DNA of 62,927 nucleotides, the filler included, from Octopus bimaculoides (taxonomy: Eukaryota): assembly GCF_001194135.2 (NCBI RefSeq). It is 4 parts of 4 records of this genome, joined end to end, with 100 filler letters (N's around TTAATTAATTAA, not from the genome) between each part and the next. Parts side by side here need not be neighbours in the genome. Positions count along the whole stretch, not along the records: positions 1 to 20,082 come from NC_068982.1; positions 20,183 to 35,511 come from NC_069001.1; 2 more parts are not named here. One strand, given 5' to 3'. The translations under genes and the position numbers were made by a program. Shown here piece after piece: positions 12,596 through 24,593 of this stretch. Every line of letters begins with the position of its first letter. Position 1 is the first letter of the stretch. Under the pieces are notes generated by a model. The model did not search any database. It was given only the letters and a program-made list of their open reading frames with translations, and was not told where the DNA came from.

Positions 12596-14113
12596 AGTAA
12601 TAAACGGCCTCACATTTAAATAGAAGTTTAAACAGAAGTACTTGATTATTTAAACGAACCTCCACGCTTCTCTCACACCCGTTGTTTTGACAGAGAAACT
12701 GAAGCGTTTGCCACCCTAATTTGTCTGTATCAATTAGTTTCTTTACTAGTAGTATCTCTTACCTGACACCAGTTTTATAATTACTGCTGACGTCCATCTT
12801 ACCGTCATATCTTAGCCTTTACCACTTAGTTTAGTTAGATCAAAGGTTAGCTCAAGAACTACTGTTTGGAGATGAGAGTAGAAACAGTCTTAGAACTGTC
12901 TTGCTGGGCTGAAACAACTGGAGACGTTTACACCTACGGTGACTGTATTCAAGGAAAGGTGGAAGCAAGCGGTTTTGAGAAAAGTCATTTTAGAGAGGTG
13001 AAGTAAATGCGATGGTGTCGACAGAAATACCATATGAATCAGATTGGGGGAGTAGAAGCACATAAGAGTACTCGACGAATTACATACTTAAAGATAGAGC
13101 AATCTGATATTTGTTAAAATCCTGCAGCAAATGTTATAAAAAGGCGGTCCCAATTCCACAGACTGGAAAATTTATATAGAGTATATTCAATGATAGTATC
13201 TCATTTTTATGATAGACATCATTTATCCATTGAACACTGAGATTTGATGTTCTACATCACTCGTCAGTAATCTGCCGCACCTGAAAATTTCGACCACATC
13301 CGGCAACAGAATTCCTGAGTAGAATAGCTTGACTGTTAGATCCATGCATTTCCTAATGACGGAATCTAAATGTCGTCGCTTGATACACAAGAGATGGGAA
13401 TCATGTCTCCCTCAAATTATCAGTACTGTCTTAAAGCATGGACATACTGAGCAGTTGTCCAGGAGTCCCATAGGTCTAAGGGGCCTATTCTGAACTATGT
13501 ATGTTGTGGTTTGCTGTCAATTAGTAAATACCATAAGGTCCAGTGTACTGATTTGTCCAGAGGTCTATAATGCTACTAAGGCTGACCTGAAAATGATAAC
13601 CCTTTAGTAACAAATTTCACGAGTTAAATAACATACTTAAGGATAGAGCAATCTGATCTTTGTTTGCAAGCAAATAACAGCTATGAACGCTTGACATATT
13701 TCGAACGATTAGGTCTAGTCAGTATAAACCAAGTCGTAGATCATTGGAAAGATTTACACACATAGAAAACGATTAAGGATATCAGGTTAATATAATTTGA
13801 TTAATTAAAATAACAAAATGAGCCACGGGAAATTACTCATTCAGGAAATTAATTCCCCTTTCTTTGAGAATCGATAACAATTAGAGTAAGAATTTCGTTT
13901 TCTTTCTTCGTCTGAGACGTAAATTTCAATTAATTATGAATTCTTTACATGCAGCATTCAGTACATCACCCTTTAATTTAATTATTGAAATTCAAGCCAA
14001 TGGGCCACTCGAGTTATCTCACTTAGCTCATTTCATTTTTAACTATGTGAGTCATACCGATAAATTATTTGTAATTCTTTTAATATATGATCTGCAGCTT
14101 TAGTTAGACTTTA

Positions 14114-14157
14114 CTGTACTGATGAAGTCAAACAGACTGAAACACATCCAAAGCTGC
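14114..14157 (+). ncRNA. Decayed minimal hammerhead motif
   Basis: CTGATGA agtc-aaaca-gact GAAA cacatc (probably from GAAACGCGTC by two CpG transitions); stem I degraded. Confidence 0.5.
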
Positions 14158-14767
14158 CACTTCTCTTCAAAGATCAAACAGTCCATTCCTAAGCATATAA
14201 ATAAATTTCCTTAATTTTCATTTCTTAAAATTATCTTCCATTTTTGTTTGGTAGTCATTAATAATTAACAACCATTTTTTTTTCCATCTCAAAATAAGAG
14301 GGAAATTTCATTTAAGAGTTTGCTGGCAACATTTTATATACAGCTTTTAACTTTATTAACAATTCAACAGATTACTTTTCCTGAAGTTCGGTTGTTTCGG
14401 CAATCCTCTGCGACACATTATGGTCAATGTATCAAGAAGTTAATAAAATTTTGTGACACTCTGCAGGCTGGTATACTTTACTGCATACATTATACTTTAC
14501 TGCATACATTATACTTTACTCATGATGCGATGATGAGTACGAGTCACAAGAGTTTCTATGCATTCAGCGTCTCAACTAGTTTCTTATAAGCGTCTACTAA
14601 AAACGTAAAGGTAACTTGCATATATACATGAATATGTATACGAGACCGCGAAAATATGTTTACATGCATATGCGCACATACATATATACATGATTACATA
14701 CATACAATACACAAGCACACACGGGCACACGCACACACAAACATACACATATATACATACATAAATA

Positions 14768-14828
<61 letters not shown>

Positions 14829-14979
14829 CACACACACAAACACATACACTCGTGATTAATAACTGAAATCAAAGTATATGAAACGGAATCAAAAGACACG
14901 GTGACTTAACATGAATAAATATGTAATTAAATAGAGCATAAATAATCGCAAAAGTAATTGCTCCTTTTTATATATCAAA

Positions 14980-15016
<37 letters not shown>

Positions 15017-15067
15017 GTGTGTATGCGTGTGTGAGTGTTTGTGTATGTGTGTGTGAGAGTATGTGAC

Positions 15068-15101
<34 letters not shown>

Positions 15102-15499
15102 AGTGTGTTTTTGCATGTATGCATATATTTACATTTGAAAGAATGTACGCCATTAAATAACTATAGTGGATAGTTAAGGATCTAAGAAACATTCTGTCCG
15201 ACTGTAATTGTAAAATTTAATTAAAAGAAAGCATAACAAAGTCTGATTTGACGGTTAGGGACTTGAGTTAGAGTAGAGAATAGAATGTCTTACGGTATAA
15301 GCTCTTATTTTGAGTTCGAAACTGACTTAGGTGTCCTTTGATTTTTAATTTTTCGAAATGGATAAATCAAAAACCTATCCAAGACAGTGGATTTGTGGAA
15401 GTTTTATCGCAAAGAATAAATTAATTTATGTTACGTTTCCACTCTAGGTTCTAAATTCAAATTCATCCTAGCTTCGATAGCAAAGACTATATATTCGAT

Positions 15500-15660
15500 C
15501 ATGGATCTTTTCACTTCGTCAAGCTACTGAGAATGCTAGTAAGTAAAAAAAAAAAAAATCATGAATTGTATGTGGTCTTTATAGATCTGGCTAAAGCGTT
15601 CGATGCTACCAACAAAATCTCTCTCCGAATAATTCTCAAAAATATTTAATATAACTAGAA
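15500..15660 (+). pseudogene. RTE-like LINE reverse transcriptase fragment
   Basis: 15566-15607 = LYVVFIDLAKAFDA. Confidence 0.75.
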
Positions 15661-16319
15661 AGTTTTAAATCATGATTTTATTTTATACCGGATTGAAAGC
15701 ATGTGTTTTATCAGGCGGGCACAAAACCGGAGAGCCCCGTGGCCTCACTTCCTTCTGCCCTTTTCTTTTCAGTCATCCTGCACCATGCTTATGACAATCT
15801 CGATTAAGGTGTATAATTGCAATTCCATACCATTGATGTCCTCTTCAGTTGCCAGCGCTTTATAGATCTTCGTGTGGTTAGTTTCGCTGAACTTGTGCCC
15901 CATGAAATGAGACAGCGCATTAACCTGGTACACAAGAATGATTATACGTTTCGCCTTGGTATATAGTCTGAACGAAGCAACTTTACGATAACTTATGTCG
16001 AATTTCTGAAATGCATCATTCGTCAAACGAGTCTCTTCTCCAAACAAGTCTAAAGGAAGAAGAAAATACTTTAACACTTGGCTATGTTATGAAAGAACAA
16101 AATAAGGATACTGAATAGCAGCAAAAATTGTGTATGCAAAATTAATGGCAGTTAATTAATTTCTCATGGACAACTCTACCCAAATGTGAGTTTCGATTAC
16201 TAATTGTAGAAGATTCAAATAAATTATTCTGCTAATACTACCGAGTAAAAGATTAATAGTAGTGAGAATACTATGACTATCAGTATTCTTTATAAATTAA
16301 ATATATAATGACTAATTAA

Positions 16320-16507
16320 GTCATTTCAGTCAATGGACTGCGACCATATTGAGACACAGCCTTAAAGGATTTCAGCCGAAGAAATCGACTCTAGTATTTA
16401 TTGTAAAGCCTGGCACTTATTCTATCATTGTCTTTTTCCGAATCGCTAATTACGGGGACGTAAACAAAGCACCACTTCTTTTCAAGCGGTGGTGTATGGG
16501 ACAAACA

Positions 16508-16510
<3 letters not shown>
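16320..16510 (-). mobile_element. SINE family A 3' half
   Basis: Reverse complement of the tail (gtcatttcagtcaatggactgcgaccat...acggggacgtaaac). Confidence 0.75.
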
Positions 16511-16557
<47 letters not shown>

Positions 16558-16817
16558 CAGGAAGTTAATCATATAGTCTGTCATAAAGTTTCGCATCCAT
16601 AAAGCGCTCAGCCTTATAGACGACTCGTCAGACTCCAATGATCGCGGACATATAAACTTCTCTTCAAACTGGAGATAGAAAGTCGTTACAGTCAGTTAGT
16701 TTGCAAACAAAAGAATATTCCCTTGTCTGAGTCTTAAACGGAACGGGTTATCTCTCTTAGATCTGTCCGGTTAGCAAACTTTTATGGTCCTGATCAACGA
16801 ATGGGGAAACTCCGCCC

Positions 16818-17300
16818 TTATGTTGGTCCCAGTCCGCAAGTATTTTTTATCATTATAATCAAGGAACAGGGAATCCCACGCAGCAGGTGGCGTTTAAGAT
16901 GTGGACAAGAGCAATAGATCTCGTTTCTGGAGTTTAAAAAGATTCTCAAGTTGATCGAGTCTTTAAGTATCCTTGCTCTCTCCACTAAGCTTGCATTGTC
17001 CGCTCCCGTTTATAAAGGACCCCGGATGCTCTATGAGCTTTCTTTTAATTTCGCATAGAGTTCCTTCATCCTAAAGGTGCCACAAGTGACTGGCCAGAAA
17101 TGTCACTTAACGTCTTTCTGGATTCTTAAAAGAGGACCTATGGTTGTGCAGGTGTCGCTTAAAGTAAGTTCCGGCCGAACCGATGTATCTCCGAACTTGA
17201 GTGCTGGTTGTGCTATCGCCTCTGCCCAGTAGTTCTTCAACTCTGAAGATGTTGTTGCTCTCACTTTTGAATGGAATCTATTCGTTTCTTTCTTTACTGC
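16818..17300 (-). mobile_element. Second Penelope-like GIY-YIG endonuclease remnant (different subtype)
   Basis: Minus strand: RRYIGSAGTYFKRHLHNHRSSFKNPERR*VTFLASHLWHL*DEGTLCEIKRKLIEHPGSFINGSGQCKL, then after a frameshift ERARILKDSINLRIFLNSRNEIYCSCPHLKRHLL. Confidence 0.85.
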
Positions 17301-17794
17301 TCAGCAGATATTGTCAGATTGATACAATGTGACACTCAAAAGCTGTTTCATCTGACTTTATGTCTGTATCTCTATCACTTCGTCTCACATGGATCCTATC
17401 GGTGTCACTGTCAATGTGGAAATTACCAGTGGTGGTCAGCGCCTTTCTGGTTTTCATGTACAGGCTCCGTATTCTGTCGAGTGTCCAATTCAGTATCTCA
17501 AATGTTAGGACTAGCACTGACACTGCAAAAACATTGTGAGGTATAGTCTTCTTAAACGCATACAGCTCTGAGTTCTATATTTTCCGGAGTTTACGGAAAC
17601 ATTCGTTTGTTATTCTAGCTTTAGTCACAGCACCAACGTACGTAACATTCTCATCGATTCCGAGATAAATGTAGTTTTCAACATTAGAGATAGGGGAGAG
17701 AGAACCCATTGATGTATATGTTCTCTGTTTAGTCGGCAATCTTTCTTCGGTTGACTATCAAGTTTGAGCATTTATGCATGTATGTAATATATAT

Positions 17795-17844
<50 letters not shown>

Positions 17845-18009
17845 GCGTCTATGTATGTATGTATATATGTATGTATGTGAGTGTGTGTTTATGTGTGTAT
17901 GTGATGTATGTATGTATGGATGGATGTATTCATGTGCGTACGTACATACGTATGTATGTATGCATGCATGTATGTATGAATAAATATACATGTGTACATA
18001 TATATATAT

Positions 18010-18160
18010 CATCATCATCATCATCGTTTAACGTCCGCTTTCCATGCTAGCATGGGTTGGACGATTTGACTGAGGCCTGGTGAAACTGGATGGCAACACC
18101 AGGCTCCAATCTAATTTGGCAGAGTTTCTACAGCTGGATGTCCTTCCTAACGCCAACCAC
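18010..18160 (-). mobile_element. 3' part of a SINE-like element with (GAT)n tail
   Basis: Reverse complement gttggcgttaggaaggacatccagctgtagaaac...cgtccaacccatgctagcatggaaagcggacgttaaacgatgatgatg; resemblance to a Deu/Nin-type domain is from memory. Confidence 0.7.
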
Positions 18161-18211
18161 ATACACATATATATCCAAGTATATATATACATATATACAC
18201 ATATACATACT

Positions 18212-18272
<61 letters not shown>

Positions 18273-19639
18273 TCATAGCTTAAATGCGAGAAACAGCAGA
18301 GTGTTGAACTAAATTTCCCTATTATACTATTGAGTTTCTTATTTCAGGTTCAGAGATTAAATACTTCAAGAGATGATAATACTAGCTCTATTACCGGTTA
18401 TATACTGATTCGCTCAACTATACTCTTCCATTTATAAGAGTTGCTTGTAAAGAGTAAACATTTATAGCTAAATTTCATTGAATAAATTATCTTCAACATA
18501 TTTTACTGTTTAGCATATTCGTGCGCGCCTCATTTCTCTCAATAACGTTTTTTAATACCCAGCAAGGTCTGTATTTTTTTTTACTTACTTTAAACTACGC
18601 AGGATAAAGATAGTGGAAAACAGGTGCAAACTACTAGTTTTTAATCTAACATATTCTCCAGCACACATGTTGAATCTTTCATACAAAAATTTAAAACCAA
18701 TAATTGATCTATTTTATGTTATGTTTCAATTTATAAGTAACAACGCTGTTACTTTCAGGGTTCCAAAGGGCTAATTACTGGTCCACTACATTTCTTATGT
18801 ACTGTTATAAATTGGCATATGTAAACATGGAGACATACACTACTAAATGCACCGAATAAATATGAATATATTCATAAACACCCAGTTTCTGAAAAAGAAA
18901 CATGTGTGAAAAATTAGCTGCTAAAAATATTAGCAGCCAACTGCGTTTTCTAATACTGTGAAATATAGCTACAAGAAGAGTATTAACTGGTAATTATGAA
19001 GTTTATATTAGATATTGTAATCTCAAAGGATAATTTTGTATTTGAACTTACAATAAAGAAATGAGTTAAATAGACCCGAAGTGCAAATATATGGCGGAAG
19101 TAACTAGTTATTAAATATCTCTACTGTAACAAGAAAAATAGCGTGTATAAAAATATCAAACAATTGTTGTTGCTATCAGCCAGTTCAGTTCTGACGTATT
19201 CAGAGACCTATTTATTATATGGTAATTTTATTCTTGCGAAGACACGTGACCTAGTGCTGCACTGCGACCGGCGGAGCGAGGAAGCGCATTGTGACCAGCG
19301 CGTATAGGAACATATGATACTCTGATCGATGCAGTGATACAGTAAATGTTATTCTTGGAATAGACATTCACCCAAGATTATTTTTGCCGAACCTTGCTCA
19401 CAATTAAAACAGATACTTAATTCAACCGTGCACCAGGCAACCTTATCGAAGTGTTGGTGTTTTCAGTTCCACATGGCCTCTATGTGTCTATAAAACGTAG
19501 CCTTTAAGGTCCAAAACTACTTTGCGGAAGGTAGAAACCACGGGTTTACATCGCTATACGAAGCTGTAGTATTCTAAACATGGTTCATATTTTGTTGTTT
19601 CTCTGTTGTAAAGTCGACTACGTAGAACTCCACTCTAAT

Positions 19640-19960
19640 TGCTCTTAGCGCTGTTGAGTAATGAACTATATAAGAATTAAAGGATCTTTTTTAAAACGGG
19701 GGCCACATTTTTCATTAACGAAACACTTTGAAACTTGGAACACTGGTAGAATGTGTCATATAAAACATCTTTTTCTCTTAGTCTTCTTTAAAAAAAAAGA
19801 AATCCCTAAGTTATTCCATGTTAAAGTTGTCGTATTTCTGTAATTTCAACCAATCACTGACGTCCATTCAGCCGATATACATTAAGTGCCGACTACATAA
19901 ACAAACGATTCTGAAACAATTCTATCGGTGATAGGGTTAGGGTTAGGGTAAAACAGCAAA
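19640..19960. mobile_element. Probable non-autonomous repeat with a short internal TTAGGG tract
   Basis: gaaacactttgaaacttggaacactgg...caaccaatcactgacgtcc...tagggttagggttaggg (about 19932-19948); family assignment uncertain. Confidence 0.4.
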
Positions 19961-20253
19961 TTTAAAAAGAAAAAAGCAAATAAAACGAAGAAAAAAAAAG
20001 AAAATGAAAAAAGCAAATTTAAAATGAAAAAAGCAAATAAAACGAAGCTATGGCTTAATCAGCCAAAGGAGTAAATATAAACNNNNNNNNNNNNNNNNNN
20101 NNNNNNNNNNNNNNNNNNNNNNNNNNTTAATTAATTAANNNNNNNNNNNNNNNNNNNNNNNNNNNNNNNNNNNNNNNNNNNNTATATATATATATATATA
20201 TATAGATATATATATGTATATATATATATATATATATATAGATATATATATGT

Positions 20254-20284
<31 letters not shown>

Positions 20285-20756
20285 CATATATATATATATA
20301 TGTATATATATACATATATATATGTATATATACACATATATATATATATACACATATATATATATATATACACACACACATATATATATATAGATAGATA
20401 GATATAGATATTGCCGCTATAGCTATATGTGAATGTATGGAGAAAGGGAAAAGAGTGTTTGCAATGTTTTGTGCGTGGGCGAATGTGTATACGGAGTTAA
20501 TGACGGCCAGATAGCTCGATTCTATCTATGAATATCCTGTGCACTCAACAGTATTAAAACATAAGTAAAGACAGTTTTTCTAAGTAGAGATTTTACCATA
20601 TGTACCAACTACGTTACTAACAACTATATTGCCGTGCTCCCATTTAAGTCAATATGTAGAAATATATATATACGCGTGTGCCTACATGTATGTACATACA
20701 AACATTTATATGCATACGCGTACTCACACACACACACACACACATACACACACACA

Positions 20757-20826
<70 letters not shown>

Positions 20827-21614
20827 CGCACACACCTCCAAACACACGCGCACATATACACATGCATATATATTTCTATATATATATGGGAGTAGTGAAA
20901 CATACGCGTTCGTCTCCGCACAACGGATTGCGTCCGATTGGTTAATCATATATTTTCCAATAATTCGCAATGGCTTTTAATGGTTACTTTTTCATACGAT
21001 ATTGATGGCTAAATAACTACGTTCAGACACTATTACAATGAGAAACTAAAACACAGACGTGTTCGCACACCGATACTCACACAAACGTGAATGGAGTTTC
21101 ACACAAATATACATACATATATAAATATTTGTTTTGGTTAGCTTTTACCATTGGAGACTTAATAAATGTTTCTTTCTCAGGACCTTGTAATATATAAATT
21201 CAAGACTAAATATTTCACATCTATTTATGCCCCTACTTAACAAATTGTATACAACATCATATCAATTAATCTCCCCAAGCGTGCCTCGTGTCTCTCACAC
21301 GGAAAGATCTTATATTCATATTTGCAAGAGACAGTGTGACGCACACGCCGACGTTTGGTGAAAGAGAGAGAATATTATAAATCTGAACGTTCACGGAGAT
21401 AGTGATAATAATAAAATTGATGAGGTTAATTAATAATATATGTCCTGCAGATTTGAACCTGAAAATCCAATCGGGTTTCTGTTTCGCCTTTCGAAAACAC
21501 CTGCTCGTATCAGCCAATATGTTTTTCAACACATTCGTTAACGTTGGGAGATTTATAGTTTCTGGTGTTTCGATCTTGCTGTGTCACTGTTACTTCTGGA
21601 TCACATTTTACATG

Positions 21615-21815
21615 ATAATTACCTCCACCAAGAAAGAAGGTTATGTTTTCATTGGCGTTGGTTTGTCCGTCGGTCTGTCAGTGTGCAAAATAACTCAAAA
21701 AGTTGTGAACGATATTTAATGAAACTTGCAGAAAAAGTTGGTAATGGCACATGAAATACATGACGAAATTCTGGTGGTGATCCGGGAATTTCTATGGATT
21801 CTTGAAGGATTTTTC
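21615..21815 (+). mobile_element. Helentron/HINE-like non-autonomous element; second 5' fragment at 22278-22325
   Basis: attacctccaccaag...aaggttatgttttcattggcgttggtttgtccgtcggtctgtc...aactcaaaaagttgtgaacgatatttaatgaaactt; head repeated as ttttacccccgccaaggaggttattttttt at 22278. Confidence 0.65.
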
Positions 21816-22849
21816 ATTTGTTATATTTACTTTACATGAAGTATTACAATGTTACGTTCTTTGATTATCTCCCTTGAAAACACATCGTTTCCACGTAACC
21901 TTTGATGGTGTTGCCGTTTAGAGACAGTGTTGATGATGACGATGGTCGGAATAAGTATGGGAGGAGCATAAAATAGTATCGGTGGTTATAATGGCGGCAG
22001 GAGCGATGTGATGTGTGATGCTGAGGTGATGGTGGTAATAGTGGTGTTGATGTTAGTGTTAGTTGTGTGATGGTGGCATTGCAGTGCTTATACTGGTTGT
22101 GGTGGTGAAAGTGAGTGTCAAGTTAACCGTCATGGTAACATTGATGGCGGTGTATGTGATTGAAGTGGAAGCAATGGCGATGCTGCTGATGAGGCTAGTG
22201 ATTGTGAACTGCTTCAGATGATACCTGTTTTTAAAGGGTTCTCTTTTTCTTAAAATCATATGGCTGTGTTATTTGTTTTTACCCCCGCCAAGGAGGTTAT
22301 TTTTTTGCCGGCGTTGGTTTGGGAAATTGGGCGATTTTCAGCATGCGTGTATATGGGTGGAAATGAGCTGCTTGATGGAGGTAATAATAGCTAAATGGGT
22401 CATAAATCATGCATAGTTTTTGACATCATCATATGAATACCCAAGTGTAGAGAAATTTTCTCTGAAGTCGAATATAAAAAGATCTATGAGGGTTTATATG
22501 GCGTGCGTAAAGCTGAATTCCGCTAATATTTCATTTGTTTAGAGTTGACAATACATGAAGTTACACACAAAAGGACATCTTCCAAATCCTGTTTACTGAC
22601 TGGGTAAAAATAATCAAACTTTAAACTTCTATAACATTTTAAAAAAAATCAATAATAAATCTCTGAGTGAGGTATAAACAGTAGCTGCACGACATCGTGA
22701 AGTATATTTGCCACCTAAATGTAGCTGACCCTTAAGGGATGATGATACTGTTGCTTGTAGCCCCAGCTGTGCCCTATCAGTATTTGCAAAGGGAAAAGTA
22801 TATGTATACTTGCATTGAGAATCATTTCCCATCTCCAACCTGTTGTTGT

Positions 22850-22894
22850 CACACGCTGATGACGGGTCAATACCCAGAAACTCGAGTCCGTGTG
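22850..22894 (+). ncRNA. Type I hammerhead ribozyme, copy 1 (predicted cleavage after GUC 22888)
   Basis: cacacg CTGATGA cgggt-caat-accca GAAAC tcga GTC cgtgtg; stem I 6 bp perfect, extended by 22828-22842/22903-22917; palindromic ACTCGAGT stem III. Confidence 0.85.
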
Positions 22895-23207
22895 TATCAT
22901 GTCAGGTTGGAGATGAGATTTATGACTTTCCTTTGCAAATACTGATAGGGCACAGATAGTGTGTCAATAGCCAGCTGGAGGAGATGTCTTCCTGGGGCTA
23001 CAAGCTAGAGTAGCATCAACCCTTAAGGGTTAACCACATTTAGGTGGAAAATATACTTCACGATGTGGTGCAGCTACTGTTTATACCTCGCTTAGAGATG
23101 TATTATTGCTTGTTTTCACTTTTTCGAAATCATTGACTTTTCATCACTGGTAAAAGTATATATATATTTGCACTGAGAATCATTCCCCAGCGCCAACCGG
23201 TGGTTGT

Positions 23208-23252
23208 CACACACTGATGATGGGTCAATACCCAGAAACTCGGGTCCGTGTG
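23208..23252 (+). ncRNA. Type I hammerhead ribozyme, copy 2 (predicted cleavage after GUC 23246)
   Basis: cacaca CTGATGA tgggt-caat-accca GAAAC tcgg GTC cgtgtg; perfect 5-bp stem II; A-C mismatch at the base of stem I. Confidence 0.8.
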
Positions 23253-24550
23253 TATCACGTCAGGCTGGAGATGGGAACGATGACTTCCATTTGCAAATAC
23301 TGATAGGGCACAGTTATTGTGTCAATAGCCAGCTGGAGGAGATGCCATCTTGGGGCTACAAGCTACAGTAGCATCAACCCATAAGGGTTGACCCGCATTC
23401 AGGTGGCAAATATACTTCACGATTTAAAAAAAAAAAAATTCTGAAAAAAGTGAAGTAGCCCTTGAGATTCCGCGTAAGATTATATCAATAGACCAAATGT
23501 TAAAATTTCCACTGGTGCAGCCAAATAGAAAGGTCCCTTGGTTGCTGGTCAAAATCTCTGTCTTACAAATGGTTTTGTAGCTGGATGCGCTGAAAGTATG
23601 TAGGTGTCCATGTATAAATGTGTGTGTACGTGTGTGTGTGTGTGTGCCTCTGTGTGTATCTGTGTGTGTGTGCATGAAGCGTTTTTGAGTATGTATATAA
23701 GACCCCTATTTTGTTAAACGAACTCATGAATATGATCCACCCGATGTCCCTGGATACTACGGATTGTACTGTAATGATGCGAAGAATACGGACTATGATC
23801 CTAAGAAATATGTGATATGTGGAAACGCGCGTAGTGATTCCTTAAAATATGACTTCCATCTATAGATTATTAATATTACTTTATAGGTACGTATATATGT
23901 CTGTATGTGTGAATGTATGTGTAAGCATGTATGCATACATATATGTACGTATGTATGTACAATTCGCTAATTATCTCGCAAACAAAATATAGAAATTGGA
24001 AGTTTTACAATATAGACGGCAATATTACTACGACTGCAGGTATTGTTGCCGCTGCTGCTGCAGCTGATGATGTTGACGACGACGATGATGATGATGATGT
24101 TGGTGGTGGTGAAGTTGTTGGTTTATTTTAGAGACCACACTGCTAATATAAGCTAATATACGCTCTGATATATTTGAACAATGCAACAACACGTGTTGCT
24201 TTCCCTGTTCTCAGATTCAAAAACAATATATACCAACGGTATTGTCTTTCATGAAGAAAGAGATTTCAGCGACAAACAAGTCCAGATGGTAAACAAGCTT
24301 GTGAACAAGAGAATAGAGAGATACCATGTGTGCTTATCGCTTGGTTTGTATTAAAACATCTAGAGAAAGAGAAAGGCAGGAAGGTAAAGATGTAATTGTT
24401 ACGAGCGGGAACGAGTGATTGCAGAGATGTGTGTGTTTGTGTGTGTGCGCCTGTGTGTTTGTGTGTGATATATAAAAGTGCCTGTGTGTGTGACACAAAT
24501 ATCAACATATATGTATGTGCGTTTGTGTCTATCTATAGGCAGACACACAG

Positions 24551-24593
<43 letters not shown>

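Larger units (their letters stand above)
22650..23423 (+). mobile_element. Hammerhead-bearing non-autonomous element (retrozyme or Penelope pLTR-like): inverted partial copy plus two direct 358-nt-period units
   Basis: 22794-23064 repeats at 23152-23423; 22650-22766 is the reverse complement of 22992-23108 and 22767-22799 of 22925-22955; ends in an A-run at 23426-23438. Confidence 0.85.

Noticed and set aside
13240-13267. Minus-strand CTGACGA followed by a gatgt/acatc stem
   Set aside because: No GAAA after the stem
19240-19320. CpG-rich patch with CACGTG and GGAAG
   Set aside because: Short, no open exon or motif cluster beyond chance; insufficient support
19932-19948. TTAGGG repeats as a telomere fusion site
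   Set aside because: Only about three units, embedded in what looks like a dispersed repeat
20127-20138. TTAATTAATTAA islands flanked by about 44 Ns (also at about 35556 and 51979)
   Set aside because: Identical palindromic 12-mer with stops in all six frames, centred in N blocks of about 100 nt: an artificial scaffolding spacer, not biology
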